Shown: positions 19,062-27,735 of the stretch, piece after piece
How the letters are laid out: each line of letters starts with the position of its first letter
Position numbering within the stretch: position 1 is the first letter of the stretch
From: a virus
Strand: one strand, 5' to 3'
Virus record (IMG/VR): IMGVR_UViG_3300002141_000156
Coordinates: 67,121-131,120 of that record
Length of the DNA stretch: 64,000 nucleotides
Program-made: the position numbers and the translations under genes
Notes under the pieces: generated by a model
Told to the model about the DNA's origin: nothing
What the model saw: the letters and a program-made list of their open reading frames with translations, nothing else
Database searches by the model: none

Positions 19062-21062
19062 ATGAGAAAAAGTAGATTTGTAAATTTAACAGCATATTGT
19101 ATTGTCGAATACATGTTTGACCAACTTGGGTCATTAGATTTTTATACAGATTCATTTGTATTACTTCAAAATAATCATACTGATTCACACCAAATCTTAA
19201 ATAGTGATAGTTCATTTTCATCTACTAAGAATATCCAAGACTTAACAGTTATTCCGCTTGGCAACAATACATTTGCATATTTAGATAGTGAGAAGATACC
19301 AGATTATTTAGCATACGACACGGAAATCACACAGACCCCAATAACTGGATATAATGTTGTGATGGATCAAGTCAGATTTCATTTTGTTGCAGGTTTCGAG
19401 TTTGATAATTTTAAAGCACTAATTCTAAGTATTAAACACTCAGAAAATGACGGCAAATCAAATGTTTTTGCAAATATCCTACTTGCACCTGAAACAATCG
19501 CTCAATTAATTAGTTTTAATCCAAAACCATTATTTTTAGCAAATGCAACATATGATCGATACATTGATCTTATGGTTCCATCAATTAAGAATATTAACGA
19601 AGACTACAAAACATCGCCAGTCCCAGCATCAACATTTGTTGCGGCAATTACTCCAAATACGATCGGGTCAACTGGATTTATCTATAACAATCAAATCTCG
19701 ATTGGTCTAGGAGAATGTGGAAGACGTAAGCCGATGTACACAAACGCTGGCGTAACATATGATACGTTTGAAGTAACTGAATATTTTGAAGCACAACTTT
19801 CACAAAGCAATGAATTTGACAATGTTGGTGCATATGTCAATGAGTCAATAGACGGTGATTTTATCGAATTCTATATGACATTTAACGCCGGTTTCCCATC
19901 TGATTTAATTAGCATCCTAAATCAAAGAAATCCAGCAAACGACTGGATTATTATCCATCAAATTAGTGTATTTGAACAAGTAGGCACAGGTTTCAATAAT
20001 ACTGCTCGATTCGTCTTCTTCCAAGAGGAAAGATTTGATGAACCAAATACATTTAGACCAGTATTACGAAATGCGAATGAAGCAGTAAGTATGTCAATCG
20101 ATTATTTAGCACGATTAACGAACCGGTTAAATGGTGAGCAAATTATTCGCGAAGCGTCATTCTCATTGGTTTCTCCAAAGAAATATGGTAAGAAACTAAT
20201 CACAATGCCATTACAAGATAAGCCGCAATCCCAAAAAGTTTACAATAAAATTATCAAGAAGAGCTTTGAGGCAAGTAAATTATTTAGTGAGCCTAAGATG
20301 AATACTACTATTCCGGCATCAATTAATCCTGTGAGTACTGTTGTTCAGACTGAATATGTGCCGATCTTTTTTAATAATAGTAGCATATCAGTATCGAATG
20401 TAAGTTCTCTAATTAAAACCAAAGATTCCCTAGAAGAAGTAATCTTCTCCCAAGGAAAACTTAGATTTATTCTTTCGCCATTTGATAATATTATCAAATT
20501 GAAAGTATACACGACAAATAGCTCAAGTAGTAAAGTTACACAAGTTCCATTGGACTTAAATATAAATTCTGCAAAATATCGGTTGGTATTTGAAACAGAC
20601 AGCGGTAAAGTGCCTATTACAAACATGAATAATGCCAAGATTGAAAATTTGTCAACTGGTGTAATTGCATTTACTGTTTCAAAAAAAGATAGCGAGACTA
20701 TTTTGCAAGCACAAAACCGGACAGCCTATCTAATATCTGTTGGACAGGATGGAACTGAGACCTTAATTTATACTGGAGAGTGGAGAAAAGCGACTGAACA
20801 GTCAGATATCGACCTTGCAATTGCTACTGCAAAAGAAGAAGGAAATGCCTTGGCGCAGCTTCAATCTACCTTAAATGAGATTAAAGCACAGACGTTAGTC
20901 AAAGATACAGCATCTAGTGTTATTCCGAATACTATAATTAAGAAGACCGCAGTCGCGCCAGTCGTTAATAAATTTGGAGTACCATTACCACAAAGGGTTT
21001 CCCCAAATTCAGCAAATGCTGGAAGAGGGTCAAGTTCAGAAGCGGGTGTCGGAAAAGGGTAA
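19062..21062 (+). CDS. Large hypothetical (probable structural) protein
   Basis: 666 aa ORF in the late operon. Confidence 0.65.
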   Translation: MRKSRFVNLTAYCIVEYMFDQLGSLDFYTDSFVLLQNNHTDSHQILNSDSSFSSTKNIQDLTVIPLGNNTFAYLDSEKIPDYLAYDTEITQTPITGYNVVMDQVRFHFVAGFEFDNFKALILSIKHSENDGKSNVFANILLAPETIAQLISFNPKPLFLANATYDRYIDLMVPSIKNINEDYKTSPVPASTFVAAITPNTIGSTGFIYNNQISIGLGECGRRKPMYTNAGVTYDTFEVTEYFEAQLSQSNEFDNVGAYVNESIDGDFIEFYMTFNAGFPSDLISILNQRNPANDWIIIHQISVFEQVGTGFNNTARFVFFQEERFDEPNTFRPVLRNANEAVSMSIDYLARLTNRLNGEQIIREASFSLVSPKKYGKKLITMPLQDKPQSQKVYNKIIKKSFEASKLFSEPKMNTTIPASINPVSTVVQTEYVPIFFNNSSISVSNVSSLIKTKDSLEEVIFSQGKLRFILSPFDNIIKLKVYTTNSSSSKVTQVPLDLNINSAKYRLVFETDSGKVPITNMNNAKIENLSTGVIAFTVSKKDSETILQAQNRTAYLISVGQDGTETLIYTGEWRKATEQSDIDLAIATAKEEGNALAQLQSTLNEIKAQTLVKDTASSVIPNTIIKKTAVAPVVNKFGVPLPQRVSPNSANAGRGSSSEAGVGKG

Positions 21063-21132
21063 CTAGCTCCTGGAAATTATGAATATCTGCTCTAAAAGTC
21101 AGATAAATAAACTAAAATAAATCATTACCAAA

Positions 21133-22731
21133 ATGAACGAATTCTTGCAAAAAATGCTAGCCGAACTCAATTCTAATAAGTCTGTGAGCTCTGAGCCGTT
21201 AGTAAAGATGATAGTTGAATCAGCAAATAAATCGATTGCATTAGGAGAAAACGTTGCGCTGGTTAGTGCAAATCTTAAAACTGGACTAGCATATATCAAC
21301 GAAACTATTAAAAATCCTGCGCTAAGTACACTATTAACTAAATTTAACGAGAGTGCAAACACACCAGAGGCAAAAGTTACAGCTATTGCAAAAGAAGTAA
21401 ATCTTTTAGCTAAAATTACTTTACTTAAGGAATCTAACGCATATAGTAATCCATTAGTTAAAACTAAGATTGATTCGTTTGAATCATATTTGAACAAAGG
21501 TGCAGTGGATTTTGCAGTCTGTGTATCATTTATTAACATGTTCGAACAATATAATTACGATGTAACCATTAAAAAATGTGTTGCTTCTGTAAAAAAATAC
21601 GTAAATGAAAACCAATCAAAACTTGCAGTATTGAATACAATCTATCAAATGGATTCATTAAATTCTCCAGTTTATGCGGGTGTAAGTTCTGACTTAAAGA
21701 GTATGCTGATTAATGAAAGCTATACCGCGGATATCCTTAAGGTTAAATATGGAACGTCTGTTCCCGCTGTCTCTACATTAATTAATGATCTTTTAATTAT
21801 TGAATCAACTCAAACTGGAAACTTTACTCTAGGTGAAGGTAATTTCGATACTAAGATAAGCAATCTAATTTCTCCAGCAATACAGACGGCCGATGGATTA
21901 CTTGTTTATACAGACAATCGATTCTTATCAATTCGTGAAGCTAGTGGATTACTTGGAAATGAATCAAAAGTTCACTTAGATGGAGCATTTAAAATTGCAG
22001 AGGTTGACCCAAATTATGTAAAAACAGCATATGGTAATTTCTACGATCTTTGTGAAGCATATGCAACTCTAGGTTTTGCTAAATCTGACGACGGTCTTGG
22101 TGTTGAATCAAAATCAATTAGAAACTTTAAACTTGGTTTCAAAGTAAACGAAGAAAAAGGAGTTGACTTGTATGTAAATGGCTCAAAGGTCGGAACTCCA
22201 AATGCAGTAAATGTATCTGAAGCTCTAGCATTAGAGAACAATATCGTTAAAACAAAAGTTTCAAAGATTATTGAAAATACAAATTGTCTATTCAACTTTG
22301 ATTTTATTAAAGAAATTTCAAATGATAGAACAATGGCAGAAGCTGTACTTGTTAAATTAAATGACAAATATTTTATCTGTGAAAAAGTAAATACTTCTGA
22401 TCGAGTATGGAATGAAGTTAATGAACTTGAAATGTTTGAGTTCTTTAAAAATAAATTCAACTATGACATTAGCCCTATTTTTGGAACTGAAATTAACAAA
22501 GAAGTTGCTAAGATTATGCAGATTGAAGAAAAGAAACGTGATATTCTAGCAAATATAGAAAAATTAGAAGGATCAGCTAAGAAATTAACTGAATCTTGTG
22601 CAAATACTGATCTTAACGCGCAAAGCATCAACAAACTTGAAGACATTAGAGAATCTGTTGAAAAAACAATCAATAATTTAAAAGAAGAATTTATCCGAAT
22701 TGATCTATTAAAAAAAAAGGAACTAGCGTAA
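21133..22731 (+). CDS. Probable head/core protein; zero-frame product of a predicted -1 frameshift gene
   Basis: 532 aa after late promoter at 21103; many [ILV]xE-S/T sites (IVES, INET, LKES, INES, IIES); ends L-K-K-K on an A9G run. Confidence 0.7.
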   Translation: MNEFLQKMLAELNSNKSVSSEPLVKMIVESANKSIALGENVALVSANLKTGLAYINETIKNPALSTLLTKFNESANTPEAKVTAIAKEVNLLAKITLLKESNAYSNPLVKTKIDSFESYLNKGAVDFAVCVSFINMFEQYNYDVTIKKCVASVKKYVNENQSKLAVLNTIYQMDSLNSPVYAGVSSDLKSMLINESYTADILKVKYGTSVPAVSTLINDLLIIESTQTGNFTLGEGNFDTKISNLISPAIQTADGLLVYTDNRFLSIREASGLLGNESKVHLDGAFKIAEVDPNYVKTAYGNFYDLCEAYATLGFAKSDDGLGVESKSIRNFKLGFKVNEEKGVDLYVNGSKVGTPNAVNVSEALALENNIVKTKVSKIIENTNCLFNFDFIKEISNDRTMAEAVLVKLNDKYFICEKVNTSDRVWNEVNELEMFEFFKNKFNYDISPIFGTEINKEVAKIMQIEEKKRDILANIEKLEGSAKKLTESCANTDLNAQSINKLEDIRESVEKTINNLKEEFIRIDLLKKKELA

Positions 22732-22976
22732 ACGAAGGTAAAGCAAAAGAGCGCAAATTTAAAACTGGCGATCCAGTCGAAGTAAAAGGAAAACTTGGTA
22801 AAGTAATTGGAGTAAATGGAATAACTGGTGAATACATAGTAATGTGTGGCTCAAAAAGTGAACGATATCCAGAATCAGAAGTACATACGATCGCTCCTAC
22901 TAAAAAGAAAAGCTCAAAAACAGACAATATAACTCGAAAGACTCGACCTAAAGAAAAATCACTTAATGTATTATAA
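22716..22976 (+). CDS. -1 frame C-terminal extension of 21133..22731 (86 aa, SH3/KOW-like domain plus basic tail)
   Basis: KGTSVNEGKAKERKFKTGDPVEVKGKLGKVIGVNGITGEYIVMCGSKSERYPESEVHTIAP...SLNVL-stop; frame is closed by TGA at 22701 with no start codon before the domain; A_AAA_AAG at 22713-22719. Confidence 0.65.
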   Translation, partial: KGTSVNEGKAKERKFKTGDPVEVKGKLGKVIGVNGITGEYIVMCGSKSERYPESEVHTIAPTKKKSSKTDNITRKTRPKEKSLNVL

Positions 22977-22980
22977 AATA

Positions 22981-23010
22981 AAAAAGGAGCAAAATGCTCC
23001 TTTTTTATTT
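22981..23010 (+). terminator. Rho-independent terminator
   Basis: aaaaaggagca-aaa-tgctcctttttt, 5 bp after the stop of the -1 frame extension. Confidence 0.8.
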
Positions 23011-23169
23011 TAGATTAGCCAGAAAGATAGTATATTAGTTTCATGAAAAGACTATTATTAAGAACACTGTACGTGCTTATAATATGTAAAGTAAAACACA
23101 TTAAATATGTAAAATAATCAAAACTGATTTGTGCTACACAGTACAATAAGTAAACACTTAATTTTTAAT

Positions 23170-23991
23170 ATGGACACTAGAATAGATTTTACAACTGCCA
23201 AAAAATTTGACCAACTTGAATTAGTTGATTGGAAAACCAAATACTCTGATTTTAAATTTTATGTTAGAAAAGGACTTAATGAAGTCAAGTATAATGTAGG
23301 AACAAATGTTTCAAAAAGTCCAAACAGTGGCGAGTATATTAAACCGTTTGTTTCAGAAAGAATGGGAGCACCGTTAAACGTAAACCATTCACTTAACCGT
23401 GAAGATACATGGTTAGACATTGGTGGTCACTTAGGATTCTTTGCAATTCGTATGGCAAAACAGTTCCCAAAGATCAAAAAAATTATTTCATATGAAGCTC
23501 TTCCACATAATGTAAGTTTTGCATTGGAGAACGTGAAAGTAAATAGTGTTGAAGGAACCTGTGAATTTGTACAAAAAGCAATTGTTCCAAATCATGAGCC
23601 AGACATCAGCTTTTTTATCTCATCTGACTCTGGAAAACATTCAATCCTTCCAGTAAAAGGTCGTGAGGTAATTACGGTTCCGGCAATCAATATTAATGAT
23701 GCAATTACAAGTTCTGGCGCAACTGCCATAAAAATGGATGTTGAAGGTGCTGAATATGAATTAATTAAATCAGTCAAAGACTGGTCACCTATTCGATTAG
23801 TAATTGTGGAATGGCATTTTAACTCAATGCGATCCCTAACTAAGGACAAAAATTACCGAGTTACTCTATACCAAGAAATCATGAACATCTTTAAAAATGC
23901 AGGGTTTGATATTATTCGCGGATTACCAAATGTTGAATATGGTAAGAATTTTATCACTCACTTTATCGCGATGAAATCGGATGAGAAATAG
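23170..23991 (+). CDS. FkbM-family SAM-dependent methyltransferase
   Basis: WLDIGGHLG (motif I), ISYEALPHN, IKMDVEGAEYELI, IVEWH. Confidence 0.9.
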   Translation: MDTRIDFTTAKKFDQLELVDWKTKYSDFKFYVRKGLNEVKYNVGTNVSKSPNSGEYIKPFVSERMGAPLNVNHSLNREDTWLDIGGHLGFFAIRMAKQFPKIKKIISYEALPHNVSFALENVKVNSVEGTCEFVQKAIVPNHEPDISFFISSDSGKHSILPVKGREVITVPAININDAITSSGATAIKMDVEGAEYELIKSVKDWSPIRLVIVEWHFNSMRSLTKDKNYRVTLYQEIMNIFKNAGFDIIRGLPNVEYGKNFITHFIAMKSDEK

Positions 23992-24418
23992 TCCATATAA
24001 TTTACTACAAGAAATATACAACGAGCATCCATGGAGGATGCTCGTTTGTTGTATTATGTTAAATTGTACTTCTAGAAAACAGGTCGATGTGATTCGTGAA
24101 GAATTTTTTAGGCGATATCCAACTGCTCTTGAAGCAGGTGCAGCCGATTCAACTGAGATGGCAGATCTTCTTGCGTCATTAGGCTTTAAGAATAGGCGAA
24201 CCAATACGATTCGTCGATTCTCGATAGACTGGATGACCCTAGATTGGTCTGAACCTAGTGAATTATATGGAATAGGTAAGTATGCACAAGATTCCTGGGA
24301 GATATTCCAGAAAGGAAACCTGACCGTTACTCCGACTGATGGAGTATTAAATACGTATTTGGCTTGGGTCAAGCGACCTGAAAATCTAATAAAACCAGTT
24401 AACTTAAAATCAATATAA
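23981..24418 (+). CDS. MBD4-like HhH-GPD DNA glycosylase
   Basis: PWRMLVCCIMLNCTS, LGF.NRR..TI.RFS, W..P.EL.GIGKYA.DS..IF, P.D..LN.Y..W closely track the MBD4 catalytic domain. Confidence 0.88.
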   Translation: MRNSPYNLLQEIYNEHPWRMLVCCIMLNCTSRKQVDVIREEFFRRYPTALEAGAADSTEMADLLASLGFKNRRTNTIRRFSIDWMTLDWSEPSELYGIGKYAQDSWEIFQKGNLTVTPTDGVLNTYLAWVKRPENLIKPVNLKSI

Positions 24419-24424
24419 CAGAAT

Positions 24425-25495
24425 ATGAAAGCACTATATGCATATTTTGGCCTAATTGACCTACACACAATTGACTCGCCAGGACATTCACTGTATCAAT
24501 TAGGATTAATCGACTCGATTAGAGTATCATATGGAGTCGAAAAATTTGACTTCTATTCATATTACCCAAAGGAATTACAGGCTAGTGAAATCTCAAAGGA
24601 TATTCAATTTCCAGACACTGCTCTTGGAAAAGTATTTGCTAAATATCGAACTGACTTGTTTGATGACTATGGAATATTATTTGATGTAGTATTGGATAGA
24701 ATTCGCAATAAGAAATATTCACAGATATATCTTAAAGCAAGATTTAGAAATATCTCAACTCTTACTAAAAAATGGAAAGATGCTAGTAATTTCGAAGAGA
24801 TTATTGATACTGCAATTACTTCCGGTTATACTAAGGAAAATATTATAATACTTGATACAGATCTTTCGTTGCCTCCATCATTCTATAAAAAATATGGAGA
24901 TGTCTTAACTATCAGCATTCCATCAATTGATTTTCCTGGAGTCTCAAGTCGCTTTTTATCAGAGTGTGTTGCCTTGCATAAAGAAAATTATACAAAAGAG
25001 AAAGTATCTGTATTCTATGGAAATATTGATACCTCTAACTATAAAAGTGGAAATTCCAAGAGTGAAATGTTGCCTGCGATATTAAATTGGCTTGCATCAG
25101 CCGATACTCGGAATTCAAATGCTATTCAATTAATTGTTATTGGAAAATCAAAAGATTTGGAAAGTCTTCCTTCTGGCGTTCAAGTAGTATATCGAAACCT
25201 ACGGCAGGCGGTATGGTCAACACTTGAAAAATATTTAGTAATGATTAATGTTACTAAAGAGAAATACGACGAGCGTCGATTTATTCCAGCTAGGATATAT
25301 GAAGCGATGATTTTTGGAATGATTCCAGTTTCATATAAATTTTCATTCTTAAGTGAAACATTTTCTTTTAATAATATTGATGATTTACGTGAAATTATTA
25401 TTTACTTAAATGAGTGTGACCAGGACGACTTGAAAAAAGCATACTTAAATTTCATTAATTCCTACACTAACTACTGTGAAAACACATATGGATAA
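24425..25495 (+). CDS. GT-B fold glycosyltransferase
   Basis: VFYGN, MINVTK and FIPARIYEAMIFGMIPV C-terminal nucleotide-sugar-binding motif. Confidence 0.65.
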   Translation: MKALYAYFGLIDLHTIDSPGHSLYQLGLIDSIRVSYGVEKFDFYSYYPKELQASEISKDIQFPDTALGKVFAKYRTDLFDDYGILFDVVLDRIRNKKYSQIYLKARFRNISTLTKKWKDASNFEEIIDTAITSGYTKENIIILDTDLSLPPSFYKKYGDVLTISIPSIDFPGVSSRFLSECVALHKENYTKEKVSVFYGNIDTSNYKSGNSKSEMLPAILNWLASADTRNSNAIQLIVIGKSKDLESLPSGVQVVYRNLRQAVWSTLEKYLVMINVTKEKYDERRFIPARIYEAMIFGMIPVSYKFSFLSETFSFNNIDDLREIIIYLNECDQDDLKKAYLNFINSYTNYCENTYG

Positions 25496-25664
25496 TCAAG
25501 AAATAGAACAAAGGGTAATCCGAGTAATTGAAAGTTGTAAAACCGTCGATCATATTGATGCTGCAACAAAATATGTTTTACTTTTTTTTAAACGGACGGG
25601 CAACGTTTCCTTATTTAGGGAATTAATTAATCGTTTGAATGAACAATCCTCCCAACTAAATTAA
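25488..25664 (+). CDS. Small hypothetical protein
   Basis: RVIESCKT..HI.AA.KY..LF; ATG overlaps the upstream stop. Confidence 0.55.
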   Translation: MDNQEIEQRVIRVIESCKTVDHIDAATKYVLLFFKRTGNVSLFRELINRLNEQSSQLN

Positions 25665-25833
25665 TTTTAAGTACTTACCTGGAACGCAGTATATCTCTTA
25701 AATAGTAACCGCTTTAATATTACCTAATTGAATCTCCAAACGGAGATTCAAGAAACAGTAGTTGTCTTTTTGAAAAGATAATTAAGAACTAATCTATTTA
25801 ATCTAGATAAATAATAAGAAAGATTTAGTATTA

Positions 25834-27735
25834 ATGAAATATATTGCACCATATGGAGCTCAACCTGAGCCAGTCGCGTTAATAAATGAATATTTTAAAG
25901 GAAATGAGCATATCTTTGCTTCAGTATTAACCTTTGAAAATATTGAATGGGAAGCAAAGATGCTAAATCTTGCTGAAATGTCGATTCCTGAGAATCTAGT
26001 ATTCGATTTACACCTCGATATGATTTTAAATCAGGGTACAAAAGCAGTTACTAATTACTATAAGGAACTTATCTCAGGAAAGAATGAGATACTTGAACAA
26101 GCTAAAATTAAGCTAAAGGTTCCAAACTCAACTAAAATAAACGAAGCAGCTGAAATTTTTAGACTTCGTGTAAAAGATCGACTTACTACTCTACTTACTG
26201 AAGAAACTGTTGCACCTAGTCTAACTAATCCATTTGGCGGGTTAGCTGCCAGTCTAATGGGCGGAGTAAAGCCTGCAACTGCACCGGCTACTCCAGCTAC
26301 ACCTACTACTCCAGCTGCACCTGCAGGTCAAATTGCAGGAACTCCAGAAGAGTTTGATGCAGCCCTTGCTGGAGGAGCTGCGACTCAACATAGTGACGGT
26401 GGAGTTTTTGGATTTCTAAAGAATTTATATTATGGACTTACTGAAGATGGATCACCGATTGGTATACTACACCTGGTACTTGATATTCTTGGACTTCTTC
26501 CTGGAGTCTACGGTGCAATTGCAGATATTATTAATGCAATCATCTATTTCATTAGAGGTAAATGGTTATTAGGCTGTATCTCATTAATTGCAGCATTATT
26601 ATTTGGAGCAGGTGATATGATAAAGCTTCTTAAGCCTGGAGCAAAGGCTGCAGAGCCAGTAATTGCGGCAATAATAAAAGGCGGAGGTAAAGGAGGCGGC
26701 GAAATTCTAGCTAAATTACCTGCAAAAGAGAGCGGTCCTGCAATTAAATTATTAAGATTTATTTCAAAAAATATCGTTGACGTATTAGGAAAAGCTACCG
26801 ACATGCTTGGAAAATTCTTTGAAGTATTTATTGCAAAGGTCGTTGGCTGGATTCCATTTATCGGTAAACCGCTAAAAGGTTTCTTTGAAACAATGGGTAA
26901 AGCTTTCTCAAAACAAGGAGAAAAACTTGGTAAATTTTCAAAAGAATTTGGCGAAGCAGAAAAGGTTGCTATTAATCTTGCAGCAAAGGATGCAGATGTT
27001 GCAGTTGAGGCTATGTTAAAAGATAGCAAAATTGCAATGGAAATAGATCCGGTCACCAAAACTGCAAAAATTATTGGATCTGACGGCACGCTTCTAGCTA
27101 AAGAATTTCCAGCAGAGTACCTGGTCAAAGCGTTTGATAAAAAAGCACCCGGTCTATTTGCAGTCGGTGAAGAAAAAGCAATTGCTAAATATTATTCAAG
27201 CGTTGCATCATCAAATACTAAGATGCTCGAAGGAGTCGGTGCATATTTCTTAAAGAAAAGCTGGGGAGCCACAAAAGGTATAGGCAAGCTTTCACTATTC
27301 ATTGGAAAACAGGTTCTTAAATTAATTACTGGAGATGCTCAGCTCTCTGGATATAAGGAAGAAGAAATCATGTATCACGGAAATTCGGCTATGCAGAACT
27401 GGGTTGCACAAGAGATCCACAAGCAAAAAGAAGAGACTGGCGCAACATATCTGCCTGCCGCAAATTTTGATTCTAGTGAAAAAGAAACATTTGATAGAAT
27501 TACAGATTATCAAAACAATTATGCCAAATTATTTGGTCAGCCAAGTATTATTCCAGTAATCTATAAAAAGTATGGTGATACTGATGATCAGTTTAAAGAT
27601 TTTTGGAGTAGTGTTAGTAAAGGAACTGTAAATACTCCGGAACTTGAAAATATTGCTACTTACTCCGAAAAAGAAAAAGGTGTAAAAGAATCACTTTCAC
27701 ACCTTCGTTATATTATCCCTTATTCTAGGTTTTAA
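25834..27735 (+). CDS. Large protein with pre-toxin TG-like hydrophobic hairpin (candidate ejected/internal protein)
   Basis: HLVLDILGLLPG.YG.IADIINAIIYFIRG.W..G.ISL; late promoter at 25807; several [ILV]xE sites. Confidence 0.6.
   Translation: MKYIAPYGAQPEPVALINEYFKGNEHIFASVLTFENIEWEAKMLNLAEMSIPENLVFDLHLDMILNQGTKAVTNYYKELISGKNEILEQAKIKLKVPNSTKINEAAEIFRLRVKDRLTTLLTEETVAPSLTNPFGGLAASLMGGVKPATAPATPATPTTPAAPAGQIAGTPEEFDAALAGGAATQHSDGGVFGFLKNLYYGLTEDGSPIGILHLVLDILGLLPGVYGAIADIINAIIYFIRGKWLLGCISLIAALLFGAGDMIKLLKPGAKAAEPVIAAIIKGGGKGGGEILAKLPAKESGPAIKLLRFISKNIVDVLGKATDMLGKFFEVFIAKVVGWIPFIGKPLKGFFETMGKAFSKQGEKLGKFSKEFGEAEKVAINLAAKDADVAVEAMLKDSKIAMEIDPVTKTAKIIGSDGTLLAKEFPAEYLVKAFDKKAPGLFAVGEEKAIAKYYSSVASSNTKMLEGVGAYFLKKSWGATKGIGKLSLFIGKQVLKLITGDAQLSGYKEEEIMYHGNSAMQNWVAQEIHKQKEETGATYLPAANFDSSEKETFDRITDYQNNYAKLFGQPSIIPVIYKKYGDTDDQFKDFWSSVSKGTVNTPELENIATYSEKEKGVKESLSHLRYIIPYSRF

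Noticed and set aside
22691-22927. 78-aa minus-strand ORF in the ORF track
   Set aside because: Antisense shadow of the plus-strand -1 frame extension; the plus-strand reading is more protein-like and ends just before the terminator
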